A stretch of 64,000 bases of DNA. It comes from Ignavibacterium sp. GTDB taxonomy: Bacteria > Bacteroidota > Ignavibacteria > UBA10030. The position numbers were made by a program, and so were the translations under genes. The notes under the pieces were generated by a model. That model had not been told where the DNA came from and did not search any database. It worked only from the letters and a program-made list of their open reading frames with translations. The stretch lies in the NCBI GenBank assembly GCA_039961715.1, contig JABRVW010000009.1, positions 1,211 to 65,210 on the forward strand, read 5' to 3'. Below, in pieces: positions 55,778-64,000 of this stretch (within the stretch, counting starts at the first letter, position 1; each line of letters opens with the position of its first letter).

Positions 55778-57559
55778 TCACTCTTGAATCCTCTCCTCCT
55801 CACGCGGAATGTCGGGCGAATATTTCTTCATGACATCCGCCAGATAGTTCTTCATCTCATCCTCGGTGACCATGGTCAATGCCTTCTTCGCGATCTTCTT
55901 TGCATCGCGGTATTTCACCGTGCGAATGATCTTCTTGATCTCCGGCAGGACTTTCGGCACCACGCTGAATTCATCGAGGCCGAGGCCCAGCAGCAGGATA
56001 GTCGCCAGGGGGTCGCCGGCCATCTCGCCGCACATTGCCACGCGCACCCTGGATTCCTTCCCGCGCTCGATGATCCTTCGGAGGAACCGCACCACGGCGG
56101 GGTGAAACTCCTGGTAGAGCCCCGACACGATGTCGTTTCCACGGTCCACGGCGAGAAGATACTGAATGAGGTCATTCGTGCCAATGCTGATGAAGTCGAC
56201 TTCGCGGGCGAGATCCTCCACAATCACCGCCGCAGCGGGCACCTCGATCATGGTACCGATCCGCACCTTGTCGTCAAACGCCAGCCCGCGCGACCGGAGC
56301 TGTCCCTTGGCGTCTTCAACCAGTTCCTTCGCCCGGCGCAGCTCCTTGATGTTGCTGATCATTGGGAACATGATGCTTACGGTACGACGGTCGCTCACGC
56401 GGAGGATCGCGCGCAATTGTTCCAGGAAAATTTCCGGACGGTCGAGCATGACGCGGATGCCGCGCCAGCCCAGGAACGGATTGTTCTCCCGCGAGGTCTG
56501 CGAGGTCATGAACTTGTCGCCGCCGATGTCGAAGGTGCGAATCACCACCCGCTTTGGGTACATTGTATCGACGAGCATCCGGTATTCCCGGTACTGCTCC
56601 TCTTCATTGGGAAACACTTCACGGCCCAAAAGGAGGGATTCCGAGCGGTACAATCCAATTCCGTCGGCGCCCTGCAGCTTGATGAACTCAAGTTCCTCCG
56701 CCAGCTCCACGTTCGCGCTGAGCTCCACCCGTCGCCCATCCGGCGTCTCAGCAGGAAGATCCCGCAAGCCCGCAAGCCGCTCCTCGAACTCCCGGTACCT
56801 CTCCCGCTTCTCCTCGTACATCTTGATGGTATCCGGTGACGGGTTGACAACCACGACGCCGGCATATCCGTCCACGAGAATCCTGTCGCCGTTGTGCACG
56901 GCCGAGGTCAACTGCCTCAAACCCACGACGGCGGGGATTTTGAGGGCGCGCGCAAGAAGGGCCATGTGTGAGGTGACGCCGCCGACTTCGGTGACGTAGG
57001 CAAGGATCGTGTTGCGGCTCAGAATGAGCGCGTCGGCTGCGGCAAGGTTCGGGGCAACAATGACCGGAGAGCCATCGAGACGGGATATCAGTTTTTCATC
57101 ACGGAGGTTCCGAAGGATCCGGTTGCGCACATCCTCCACATCGAGCGCCCGCTCCCGCGTGTACTCGTCGGTCGCCGCCACCATGACCCTCCGGTACTTC
57201 TCGATCTCGTCATGGACGATGTACTCCGCATTCTTCTGCTCGGCCAGAATGCGCTTCACGATTGCCTCGAAGAGCACCAGGTCCTCGAGAATCATCAGCT
57301 GAGCTTCGAAGATCTTTGCCTGGTGATCGCCGAGTTTCTGCTTGGCAAACTCGTAGATCTTCGCCAGCTCCTTGCGCGAGCGGTCCACGGCTGAACGGAG
57401 CCGGTGGATCTCCGCGTCCAGATGTCCGGCCTCCACGGAGTTTTCGCTGATCACGGGCGTCTGCTTTTGAAAGATGTACGCCGGGCCCCAGACAATGCCG
57501 GCCGACGCCGCAATGCCGCGGAAGACAACTTCCTGTCGTATCGGCTCCGTGGGGGTCAT
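55778..57559 (-). CDS. ptsI: Phosphoenolpyruvate-protein phosphotransferase (PTS Enzyme I)
   Basis: Full-length EI with the phospho-His region GGVTSHMALLARALKIPAVVG and a PEP-utilising C-domain. Confidence 0.95.
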   Translation of the reverse strand: MTPTEPIRQEVVFRGIAASAGIVWGPAYIFQKQTPVISENSVEAGHLDAEIHRLRSAVDRSRKELAKIYEFAKQKLGDHQAKIFEAQLMILEDLVLFEAIVKRILAEQKNAEYIVHDEIEKYRRVMVAATDEYTRERALDVEDVRNRILRNLRDEKLISRLDGSPVIVAPNLAAADALILSRNTILAYVTEVGGVTSHMALLARALKIPAVVGLRQLTSAVHNGDRILVDGYAGVVVVNPSPDTIKMYEEKRERYREFEERLAGLRDLPAETPDGRRVELSANVELAEELEFIKLQGADGIGLYRSESLLLGREVFPNEEEQYREYRMLVDTMYPKRVVIRTFDIGGDKFMTSQTSRENNPFLGWRGIRVMLDRPEIFLEQLRAILRVSDRRTVSIMFPMISNIKELRRAKELVEDAKGQLRSRGLAFDDKVRIGTMIEVPAAAVIVEDLAREVDFISIGTNDLIQYLLAVDRGNDIVSGLYQEFHPAVVRFLRRIIERGKESRVRVAMCGEMAGDPLATILLLGLGLDEFSVVPKVLPEIKKIIRTVKYRDAKKIAKKALTMVTEDEMKNYLADVMKKYSPDIPREEERIQE

Positions 57560-57825
57560 GTCGGTTCGTCGAACGCCCTGTCGAATAGTTGCAGAATCGC
57601 CTCTGCAGCCTCCTCCTCGTCCGGTCCGCTGAATCTCAGGAGAAGCTTCGCCCCCTGCTCCGCCGCAAGCGTCATTACGCCGATGATGCTCTTCCCGTTG
57701 ATCTCAAAACCGTCCTTGGCAATCAAAAAGTCCGCTTTGAACTTCGCCGCCAGCTTCACCAGCGTCGCCGCAGGCCTTGTATGCAGGCCGGCACGGTTCT
57801 TAATGACTACCTCACGTTCGATCAT
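57556..57825 (-). CDS. ptsH: Phosphocarrier protein HPr/NPr-like
   Basis: NRAGLHTRPA (His15 context) and GKSIIGVM (Ser46 context). 89 aa from the ATG at 57825. The stop overlaps the ptsI start by 4 nt. Confidence 0.9.
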   Translation of the reverse strand: MIEREVVIKNRAGLHTRPAATLVKLAAKFKADFLIAKDGFEINGKSIIGVMTLAAEQGAKLLLRFSGPDEEEAAEAILQLFDRAFDEPT

Positions 57826-57882
57826 GCCAAGAAAATGGGAGTGGGTGAACGCCTGTCGGATATTCGTTCTTGGAATCTCCAC

Positions 57883-57924
57883 CCAATAACCAATCACCAA
57901 CAACCAATAACCAATACCTAATAC
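57883..57924. repeat. Six tandem CCAATAA-type heptamers
   Basis: CCAATAA CCAATCA CCAACAA CCAATAA CCAATAC CTAATAC. The last unit contains the stop codon of the polyprenyl synthase gene. Confidence 0.8.
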
Positions 57925-58895
57925 TGTCTGTTCAACAACATATCCGTGAACCAGAACAACATGTCCCTGGCTTCCGACGGCTTGAGTTTCAGCAAGTGCC
58001 CCTTCGCCTCCGCGATGTCCGCCTTGATCCTCCGACCTGCGGAATCGATCGCACCTGTTTCGTGAAAGATCCTCCTGCACTCACGCACCATGGCCTTCGT
58101 CGCTCTCCCGTTCGAAAGAACCTTCTTCAGGAACTGCCTGTCCTTGCCCCGCGCCACGCGCAGTGCGTCCAGCAAAAGAAACGTCTTCTTTCCTTCCCTC
58201 AAATCACTGCCGATCGATTTGCCGAACTTCTTTTCATCGCCCACCACATCGAGCAGGTCGTCCTGGATCTGAAATGCACGTCCCACCAACCCGCCATACG
58301 TCTTCAGCGCCTGCACCTCCACCTCTGTTCCTCCTCCGATCAACGCGCCGATTTCCGTGGCCGCCGCCACCATCATGCCCGTCTTCTTCCTGATCATCAA
58401 AAGGTATTCCTCCACAGACACGGAGGCCCGGCGTTCGAACTCCTTGTCATACGCCTGTCCTTCGCATACCTCCACCACCCCCTCGGTAAAGACGGCTGCG
58501 ATGTCGCGAATTCTCGACGACTCCGTTTTCAGAAGAATCCGGTATGCAAGCGCCAGCAATTCGTCGCCGACGAGGATTGCAGTGTGTTGATCCCACCTGG
58601 TGTGCACGGTGGGGCGCCCGCGCCGTGATGACGCATTGTCCATGATATCGTCATGCACCAGCGTGAAGTTGTGGAGGATCTCGATGCCGGCGCCGGCATG
58701 GAGAGCCCGCTCAGCTGGCCCGCCAACAGCTTCGCAAGCGAGGAGCACAAGGATCGGTCTGATGCGCTTTCCCCCGCCGGCCAGCACGTACGTCAGTGGC
58801 TTGTAGAGCGAGCGCGGTTGGGTTTGTCCGACCGCTTCGACCAGATACCGGTCCACGCGCCGCTTGTAATCGAGATACCGTTGTTGAAAGTCCAT
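57918..58895 (-). CDS. Polyprenyl diphosphate synthase (trans-IPPS; FPP/GGPP synthase-like)
   Basis: First and second Asp-rich motifs LVHDDIMD and FQIQDDLLD. Confidence 0.92.
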   Translation of the reverse strand: MDFQQRYLDYKRRVDRYLVEAVGQTQPRSLYKPLTYVLAGGGKRIRPILVLLACEAVGGPAERALHAGAGIEILHNFTLVHDDIMDNASSRRGRPTVHTRWDQHTAILVGDELLALAYRILLKTESSRIRDIAAVFTEGVVEVCEGQAYDKEFERRASVSVEEYLLMIRKKTGMMVAAATEIGALIGGGTEVEVQALKTYGGLVGRAFQIQDDLLDVVGDEKKFGKSIGSDLREGKKTFLLLDALRVARGKDRQFLKKVLSNGRATKAMVRECRRIFHETGAIDSAGRRIKADIAEAKGHLLKLKPSEARDMLFWFTDMLLNRQY

Positions 58896-58931
58896 TCGAT
58901 GTCCCCCGGAAGGTTGGCTGATGATGGTTTG

Positions 58932-59993
58932 TCAGCTTCTCGATACCAACTGTTTGGTTTGAAGGTCCTTCACTGTTCGCGAACCGGTCAGAAACATCGC
59001 TCCGCGGAGCTGTCTGGCCCAGGCATCGACTTCGGCCAGCAATGCTTTGGTTCCCCCTTGCTCCAGCACCTTGAGTATCGGGCGTGCGGCGGCGGCCAGA
59101 TCGGCTCCAAGCGCGATCGACTTCGCCACGTCGAGTCCGGATCCAATGCCGCCCGAGGCGATCACGGTCAATGCGGGCTGGAGGGATCGAAGAGCACACA
59201 CGTCTCGCAACGCGTCGGCGGTGGAAATCCCCCAGTCCCAGAACGGTGCCGCAAAATCGCTTACGGGCTTCTTTCTGCGGCGCGTCCCGTTGCGGCGGAG
59301 AATCTCCACACCAGCCCAACTCGTTCCGCCCGCTCCCGCAACGTCAATGATCCGGACCCCCGCGTCAATCAGCCTCCGGGCCACTTCGGCCGAAATCCCC
59401 GCGCCAATCTCCTTGACAATTACGGGAATCGGAAGCTCCCTCACCAGCATCTCGATGCCCTTGAGAACCCCCCGGAACTGAGGATTCCCTTCGGGCTGGA
59501 GGAACTCTTGCAGAGGATTCAGATGAACGGCAAACCCGTCGGCGCCGATCAGATCAGCAAGACGCTGTACCGGATCGGCCGTGCGCAGTTTCGCCACCTC
59601 AGCCGCCCCAATGTTGCCGAACACCGGAATGGAGGGCGCTACGTCCCGTACCACGCTGTAGGAACGGTGGTGCAATCTATCCTCGATTGCCTGGCGCTGA
59701 CTGCCCACTCCCATGGCAAGCCCGCGTTCCGCGCACACTTCCGCCAGGCCGCGGTTGATCCTCACCGCATCGCGATACCCGCCGGTCATGCTCGACACAA
59801 TGAGGGGCAATCTCACCGGCTTGCCGAGGAAGGTCGATGATAGATCGACTTCGTCCAGATCAAGCTCTGGAAGCGCGTTGTGCACGAAGTCGAACCTCTC
59901 GAATCCCGATGACTTTCCCTTGAAGGAAACGTCGTTGGAGAGAGTAATTCGGACGTGCTGCTCTTTGCGGGATGATGTCGGGGATTTCATCAA
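58932..59993 (-). CDS. fni: Type 2 isopentenyl-diphosphate delta-isomerase
   Basis: RKEQH..., SSMTGG and FMN-binding TIM-barrel motifs (ASGGI-like IASGGIGSG). Confidence 0.92.
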   Translation of the reverse strand: MMKSPTSSRKEQHVRITLSNDVSFKGKSSGFERFDFVHNALPELDLDEVDLSSTFLGKPVRLPLIVSSMTGGYRDAVRINRGLAEVCAERGLAMGVGSQRQAIEDRLHHRSYSVVRDVAPSIPVFGNIGAAEVAKLRTADPVQRLADLIGADGFAVHLNPLQEFLQPEGNPQFRGVLKGIEMLVRELPIPVIVKEIGAGISAEVARRLIDAGVRIIDVAGAGGTSWAGVEILRRNGTRRRKKPVSDFAAPFWDWGISTADALRDVCALRSLQPALTVIASGGIGSGLDVAKSIALGADLAAAARPILKVLEQGGTKALLAEVDAWARQLRGAMFLTGSRTVKDLQTKQLVSRS

Positions 59994-60006
59994 GCACCCT
60001 CAGGGC

Positions 60007-60035
60007 ATAATAGCGAATTGGGTGCCGAGAATCAA
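60007..60035 (-). promoter_or_regulatory. Putative promoter of the fni...ptsHI... operon
   Basis: The minus strand reads TTGATT, 17 nt, TATTAT, about 13 nt upstream of the TTG/ATG start at 59993/59990. Confidence 0.35.
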
Positions 60036-60153
60036 GGTAAGTACCCGCTGACGCCATCGAAGAGAAAATCATTTGTTTGAGAGAAAAATGTTCAGTACTT
60101 TTATGATTGTTTTTGTTTCACCCAACCGAATTCACAACGGATCCAGTCAGCGC

Positions 60154-61128
60154 ATGAGAGCCATTGTACCGGTCGCCGGCGTCGGCAGCCGCCTCCGGCC
60201 GCACACCTATACCGTCCCCAAGGTGCTGATCAATGTCGCCGGGAAGCCCATCATCGGCCATATCATGGACCGGCTGATTGAGCACGGGGTGGATGAGGCG
60301 ACGATCGTGATCGGCTACCTGGGGGAAAAGATCCGGGAATACATTCTGAAGAATTACCAGATCAAGGTCGACTTCGTGGAGCAGGAGGAACGGCTGGGCC
60401 TGGGCCATGCGATCTTTCTCTCCCGTCACACGGTCTCCCGTGATCCCATTCTGATCATCCTCGGCGACACCATCTTTGATGCCGACCTGAAGAGGATGAT
60501 GTCGAGCAATCATTCCGTTCTCGGCGTCCATAAGGTCGAGGATGCCAGACGATTCGGAGTGGCGGAAATCACCGACGGCTTCATTGCCAGGCTCGTCGAA
60601 AAGCCGGAGAATCCGAAGAGCAATCTGGCCGTGGTGGGCCTGTATTACATCAAACAGCCCCAGGTGCTGATCGACTGCCTGAAGGAGTTGATCAAGACCA
60701 ACGTGCGCACAAAGGGGGAATTCCAACTGACCGATGCCTTGCAGATGATGATCGACAAGGGCGAGAAAATGAAAACGTTCGATATCCAGGGCTGGTACGA
60801 TTGCGGCAAGCCGGAGACGCTCCTCGAAACAAACAGGATCCTCCTTGCCAACGCCGCCCCGCCCACCACTCGGAAGGGGGTGCTCCTTCAGCCTCCGGTG
60901 TTCATTTCTCCCGAGGCTGTGGTGAAGAATTCCGTCATCGGACCGAACACAACCATTGCGGCCGGAGCCGAAGTGGAGAACGCCATCGTCAGAAATTCGA
61001 TCATCAGCGAAGACGCCCGCGTTTCAGACGCCCTGCTCGAGGATTCGATTGTCGGAAGCAACGCGGTGGTGAGGGGAAGCTATAAGAGAATAAATATTGG
61101 AGATTCGTCAGAGCTGGAGTTCTATTGA
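60154..61128 (+). CDS. Sugar-phosphate nucleotidyltransferase with a C-terminal left-handed beta-helix
   Basis: MRAIVPVAGVGSRLRP (GxGxRL NTP-transferase motif). C-terminal hexapeptide repeats. I chose the ATG at 60154. Confidence 0.85.
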   Translation: MRAIVPVAGVGSRLRPHTYTVPKVLINVAGKPIIGHIMDRLIEHGVDEATIVIGYLGEKIREYILKNYQIKVDFVEQEERLGLGHAIFLSRHTVSRDPILIILGDTIFDADLKRMMSSNHSVLGVHKVEDARRFGVAEITDGFIARLVEKPENPKSNLAVVGLYYIKQPQVLIDCLKELIKTNVRTKGEFQLTDALQMMIDKGEKMKTFDIQGWYDCGKPETLLETNRILLANAAPPTTRKGVLLQPPVFISPEAVVKNSVIGPNTTIAAGAEVENAIVRNSIISEDARVSDALLEDSIVGSNAVVRGSYKRINIGDSSELEFY

Positions 61129-61140
61129 GACATTCTGAGA

Positions 61141-61250
61141 GTCGAAATCCGAAGCCCGAAATGCAGGAACACGAAACACCTACGAAATACGAATCTCGAA
61201 AACCCGGCTTTCGAATCGTTTCGAATTTCGTGCTTCAGATTCCGAGCTTT
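61141..61250. repeat. Second CGAAAT/ATTTCG heptamer palindrome
   Basis: Left half: GTCGAAATCCGAAGCCCGAAAT...CACGAAAC...TACGAAATACGAATCTCGAAAA. Right half: CTTTCGAATCGTTTCGAATTTCGTG...ATTCCGAG. The central hairpin is TCGAAA/TTTCGA. It shares AAATCCGAAG[T/C]CCGAAAT with 15-34. Confidence 0.7.
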
Positions 61251-61273
61251 CCCCTCATTCTTCCCATTCCTCC

Positions 61274-61297
61274 TTTTGAATTCTTCATTTTGAATTC
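61274..61297. repeat. Direct repeat TTTTGAATTC x2 (14-nt period) just upstream of metK
   Basis: TTTTGAATTC at 61274-61283 and 61288-61297. The metK ATG is at 61301. Confidence 0.6.
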
Positions 61298-61300
61298 CCT

Positions 61301-62443
61301 ATGAACCACCTCTTCACTTCCGAATCCGTCTCCGAAGGACATCCGGACAAGGTTTGCGACCAGATCTCCGATTCCGTGCTGGATGAGATCCTCGAACACG
61401 ATCCCGCGGCCCGCGTGGCCTGCGAGAGCTTCGTCACCACCGGCCTCGCGCTTGTCGGCGGCGAGATTACCACAGACCATTATGTGGACGTACAGAAGAT
61501 CGTTCGCAACGTCATCAAGAGCATCGGCTATACCGAAGCCGGCGTCGGCTTTGACGCCGATTCGTGCTCTGTGCTTTCTGCCATCCACGCGCAATCGCCA
61601 AACATCGCGCAAGGGGTGGACACCGGCGGTGCGGGCGACCAGGGCATGATGTTCGGCTATGCCTGCAATGAAACGCCAGAGCTCATGCCGATGCCGATCA
61701 TGCTTGCGCACAAGCTCGTCAAGCGGCTCTCGGACATCCGGAAGCTCCACAAAAACGACATGCCCTATTTGAGGCCGGACGCCAAGTCCCAGGTGACGAT
61801 CGAATACGACGGAAAGAAACCGATGCGGGTAACCACCATCGTGATCTCCACTCAACACGCCCCCGGGGTGAGTCAGGAAAAGATCAAGAATGATGTGATC
61901 GATTACGTGGTCAAGCATGTCATTCCGAATGATCTGCTCGACGCGAAGACGAGATATTTCGTGAATCCCACGGGCCTGTTCGAAATCGGGGGCCCTCATG
62001 GCGACACCGGTCTCACCGGCCGGAAGATCATTGTGGACACCTACGGCGGCCGTGCGCCACACGGCGGAGGCGCTTTTTCGGGCAAGGATCCCACGAAGGT
62101 TGATCGCAGTGCCGCCTACGCGGCCCGCCACCTGGCAAAGAACATTGTCGCCGCCGGGCTTGCCTCCGAATGCCAGATTCAGCTGGCCTACGCCATCGGC
62201 GTCGCAGAGCCCGTCTCAGTCCTGGTACAAACCTTCGGCACAGGCGCCATTCCGGACAATCAGATCGCAGAGATCATCAGGAAGGAAATCGACCTCACGC
62301 CCCGCGGTATCATTCAGCGGCTCGACCTCCTGCGTCCGATCTACCGCAAGACCGCTGCGTACGGGCACTTCGGAAGGACGGAGGAGGAGTTTACCTGGGA
62401 GAAGACCGATCTTGTGGAGAAGCTGAAGAAAGCGGTGAAGTAG
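61301..62443 (+). CDS. metK: S-adenosylmethionine synthetase
   Basis: [19 protein letters not shown] and GGGAFSGKD motifs. Confidence 0.97.
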   Translation: MNHLFTSESVSEGHPDKVCDQISDSVLDEILEHDPAARVACESFVTTGLALVGGEITTDHYVDVQKIVRNVIKSIGYTEAGVGFDADSCSVLSAIHAQSPNIAQGVDTGGAGDQGMMFGYACNETPELMPMPIMLAHKLVKRLSDIRKLHKNDMPYLRPDAKSQVTIEYDGKKPMRVTTIVISTQHAPGVSQEKIKNDVIDYVVKHVIPNDLLDAKTRYFVNPTGLFEIGGPHGDTGLTGRKIIVDTYGGRAPHGGGAFSGKDPTKVDRSAAYAARHLAKNIVAAGLASECQIQLAYAIGVAEPVSVLVQTFGTGAIPDNQIAEIIRKEIDLTPRGIIQRLDLLRPIYRKTAAYGHFGRTEEEFTWEKTDLVEKLKKAVK

Positions 62444-62517
62444 CTTGTTGCGCCCGCTGAACGACTATGATTGCCTGCCGGAAACGAAGCAAACACACTT
62501 CTCCGAGTAGCCATGAA

Positions 62518-62552
62518 CGAACAACCAATAACGAATAACCAATAACCAATTC
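62518..62552. repeat. Five tandem CCAATAA-type heptamers upstream of ahcY
   Basis: CGAACAA CCAATAA CGAATAA CCAATAA CCAATTC ends 17 nt before the ATG at 62570. It has the same unit and the same plus-strand orientation as 57883-57924. Confidence 0.8.
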
Positions 62553-62569
62553 CTCGTTTCTCATCACCT

Positions 62570-63850
62570 ATGAATGAAAAACCCGGCATGTACAAAGTTG
62601 CAGATCTCTCCCTCGCCAGGGAAGGCAAGCTCCGCATCGAATGGGCCGAATCACGCATGCCCGTGTTGATGTCCCTTCGGGAAAAGTACCGCAAGAGCAA
62701 GCCTCTGAAGGGCTACAAGATCGCGGGCTGTCTGCACGTCACCAAGGAAACAGCCGTGCTGGTCAAAACCTTCGTCGAGGCCGGCGCGCAGGTCAGCTGG
62801 AGCGGATGCAATCCTCTTTCGACGCAGGACGACATCGCTGCCGCGCTCGCTGCAGACGGCATTTCGATCTTCGCATGGCATGGAATGAACGTCAAGGAGT
62901 TCTACTGGTGCATCGAAGAAACCCTCAAAATGCAGCCGAACCTGACCCTCGATGACGGGGCGGATCTGATCTTTACGATCCACAACAAGTATCCCGACAT
63001 GGCCACGAACTCCGTCATTGGCGGCACCGAGGAAACAACCACGGGAGTTCATCGCCTGCGAGCGATGGCGCGCGACGGCGCCCTTCGGTACCCGGTCATT
63101 GCGGTGAACGACGCAGAGACCAAGTGGGACTTTGACAATGTGTACGGCACGGGCCAATCGACGCTCGACGGCATCCTGCGCTCCACCAGCGTGCTCCTCG
63201 CCGGCAAGAATGTCGTTGTGGCCGGATTCGGACACTGTGGCCGCGGTGTGGCGATCCGGGCCAAGGGACTCGGCGCCAATGTCATTGTGACTGAAGTGAA
63301 GCCCACGGCGGCCCTGAAAGCCACGCTCGAAGGATTCAGGGTCATGGACATGGACGCCGCCGCGCGCGTCGGTGATGTGTTCATCACCGCCACGGGAGTC
63401 AAGGACGTCATTGTGGACCGGCACTTCAAGGTCATGAAGGACGGCGCCATCGTCTGCAACACAGGCCACTACGATTGCGAGATCAACATCGGTCATCTGA
63501 AGAAGGCATCGAAATCCTTCCGCACCGTTCGTTCCGACAACGAGGAGTACGTCCTGAAGAACGGAAAACGGATTTACCTGCTTGCCCAAGGCCGGCTGGT
63601 GAACCTTGCAGCAGCCGAAGGGCATCCGTCGGAAGTGATGGACATGTCGTTTGCCAACCAGTTCATGTCCCAGCTTCGTCTTGCCGAGCTTCATAAGAAA
63701 GGCAAGCGGCTTGAGAACACTGTCCACGACATCCCCGCCGAGCAGGATCAGGAGATCGCCGGCCTGAAGCTGAAGACCATGGGGATCTCCATCGATCGGC
63801 TGACCAGGGAACAAGAGAAATACATCAACGACTACTCATCCGGTACATAG
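62570..63850 (+). CDS. ahcY: Adenosylhomocysteinase
   Basis: Full-length SAHH with YKVADLSLA N-terminus, NAD-binding GFGHCGRG and a C-terminal tail. Confidence 0.97.
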   Translation: MNEKPGMYKVADLSLAREGKLRIEWAESRMPVLMSLREKYRKSKPLKGYKIAGCLHVTKETAVLVKTFVEAGAQVSWSGCNPLSTQDDIAAALAADGISIFAWHGMNVKEFYWCIEETLKMQPNLTLDDGADLIFTIHNKYPDMATNSVIGGTEETTTGVHRLRAMARDGALRYPVIAVNDAETKWDFDNVYGTGQSTLDGILRSTSVLLAGKNVVVAGFGHCGRGVAIRAKGLGANVIVTEVKPTAALKATLEGFRVMDMDAAARVGDVFITATGVKDVIVDRHFKVMKDGAIVCNTGHYDCEINIGHLKKASKSFRTVRSDNEEYVLKNGKRIYLLAQGRLVNLAAAEGHPSEVMDMSFANQFMSQLRLAELHKKGKRLENTVHDIPAEQDQEIAGLKLKTMGISIDRLTREQEKYINDYSSGT

Positions 63851-63874
63851 AATCTCTCCAGGCTCAACCTCAAG

Positions 63875-63909
63875 AAAAGGCGGCCAAAAGCCGCCTTTTT
63901 TTCTTTTTT
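63875..63909 (+). terminator. Rho-independent terminator after ahcY
   Basis: AAAAGGCGGC, loop CAAAA, GCCGCCTTTT, followed by a long T-run (TTTTTTTCTTTTTT). Confidence 0.75.
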
Positions 63910-63943
63910 GGGCGTTCCACAGGTTGCACAGACCTGATCCCGG

Positions 63944-63972
63944 TTGACACCAATCCATTCTTCCAGTACATT
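63944..63972 (+). promoter_or_regulatory. Putative sigma70-type promoter for a gene beyond the window end
   Basis: TTGACA, 17 nt, TACATT, downstream of the ahcY terminator. Confidence 0.35.
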
Positions 63973-64000
63973 GGCGCACATTTCCCTCCGGAGGCACTAT

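Noticed and set aside
53258-59840. Series of long plus-strand ORFs (469, 344, 357, 277, 252 and 395 aa) across the minus-strand operon
   Set aside because: Each lies opposite a confidently identified gene (the Omp85 fusion, pgi/pmi, ptsI, polyprenyl synthase, fni). None shows a family signature.
61129-61300. Expected SAM riboswitch upstream of metK, and SAH riboswitch upstream of ahcY (62444-62569)
   Set aside because: I could not find the conserved cores I remember for SAM-I, SAM-II or SAH elements. The spacers are instead filled by heptamer repeats. Infernal is needed for a definitive answer.
61235-63814. 298-aa and 387-aa minus-strand ORFs opposite metK and ahcY
   Set aside because: They are antisense to two of the most conserved genes in the window, with no motifs of their own.

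Overview
GC-rich, very tightly packed window with about 55 protein-coding genes. Many neighbours overlap by 1-14 nt (ATGA, GTGA, TAATG junctions). I found no rRNA, tRNA, CRISPR array, transposase, integrase or phage gene, so it reads as chromosomal core of a Gram-negative bacterium. A T9SS-type C-terminal sorting domain, a BatA_N protein, a DUF3276/PUR-like protein, several Omp85 proteins and scarce Shine-Dalgarno sequences suggest the FCB superphylum (Bacteroidota/Rhodothermota/Ignavibacteriota-like). This is an inference, not a database result. Gene blocks in order: (1) M49 peptidase, thyA-folA. (2) Envelope and signalling genes: a PDZ-GAF-PP2C phosphatase, a patatin-Omp85 PlpD-like protein, a BatA/vWA protein. 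(3) hflX, an FAD oxidoreductase, an ArsC-like protein. (4) A nitrogen-catabolic supercluster: hutH-add diverging from REC-histidine kinase, NtrC-like regulator, sixA, adenosine-kinase-like, ridA, hutU, a methyltransferase, hutI and a split ftcD. (5) trkH-trkA, rsmE, a small Omp85. (6) The classical yceD-rpmF-plsX-fabHDG-acpP-fabF-rnc cluster, continuing into gcvP. (7) A PUR-like protein, a T9SS substrate, ribH, a PHP phosphatase, Crp/Fnr. (8) A long minus-strand operon, fni-polyprenyl synthase-ptsH-ptsI-pgi/pmi, followed by an HExxH-peptidase/TolB-propeller/Omp85 fusion, a BamB-like protein, a PEGA protein, a beta-barrel protein and a lipoprotein. (9) A nucleotidyltransferase, metK, ahcY. The most unusual sequence-level signal is that many of the short intergenic spacers are filled with AT-rich, degenerate tandem tracts of 7-nt period. 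They fall into families (CGAAAT/ATTTCG, AATCTTC, GTTTCAG/CTGAAAC, GTTCAAG, CCAATAA). Some are arranged as long imperfect palindromes, and several abut start codons. Second-tier candidates are the peptidase-propeller-Omp85 envelope cluster, the REC-HK/NtrC/SixA module beside the hut and adenosine genes, a Cys-rich methyltransferase embedded in the hut operon, and putative promoters whose -10 box sits 8-9 nt from the start codon (possible leaderless mRNAs). All functional calls rest on motif and family recognition from the translated ORFs. No searches were run.
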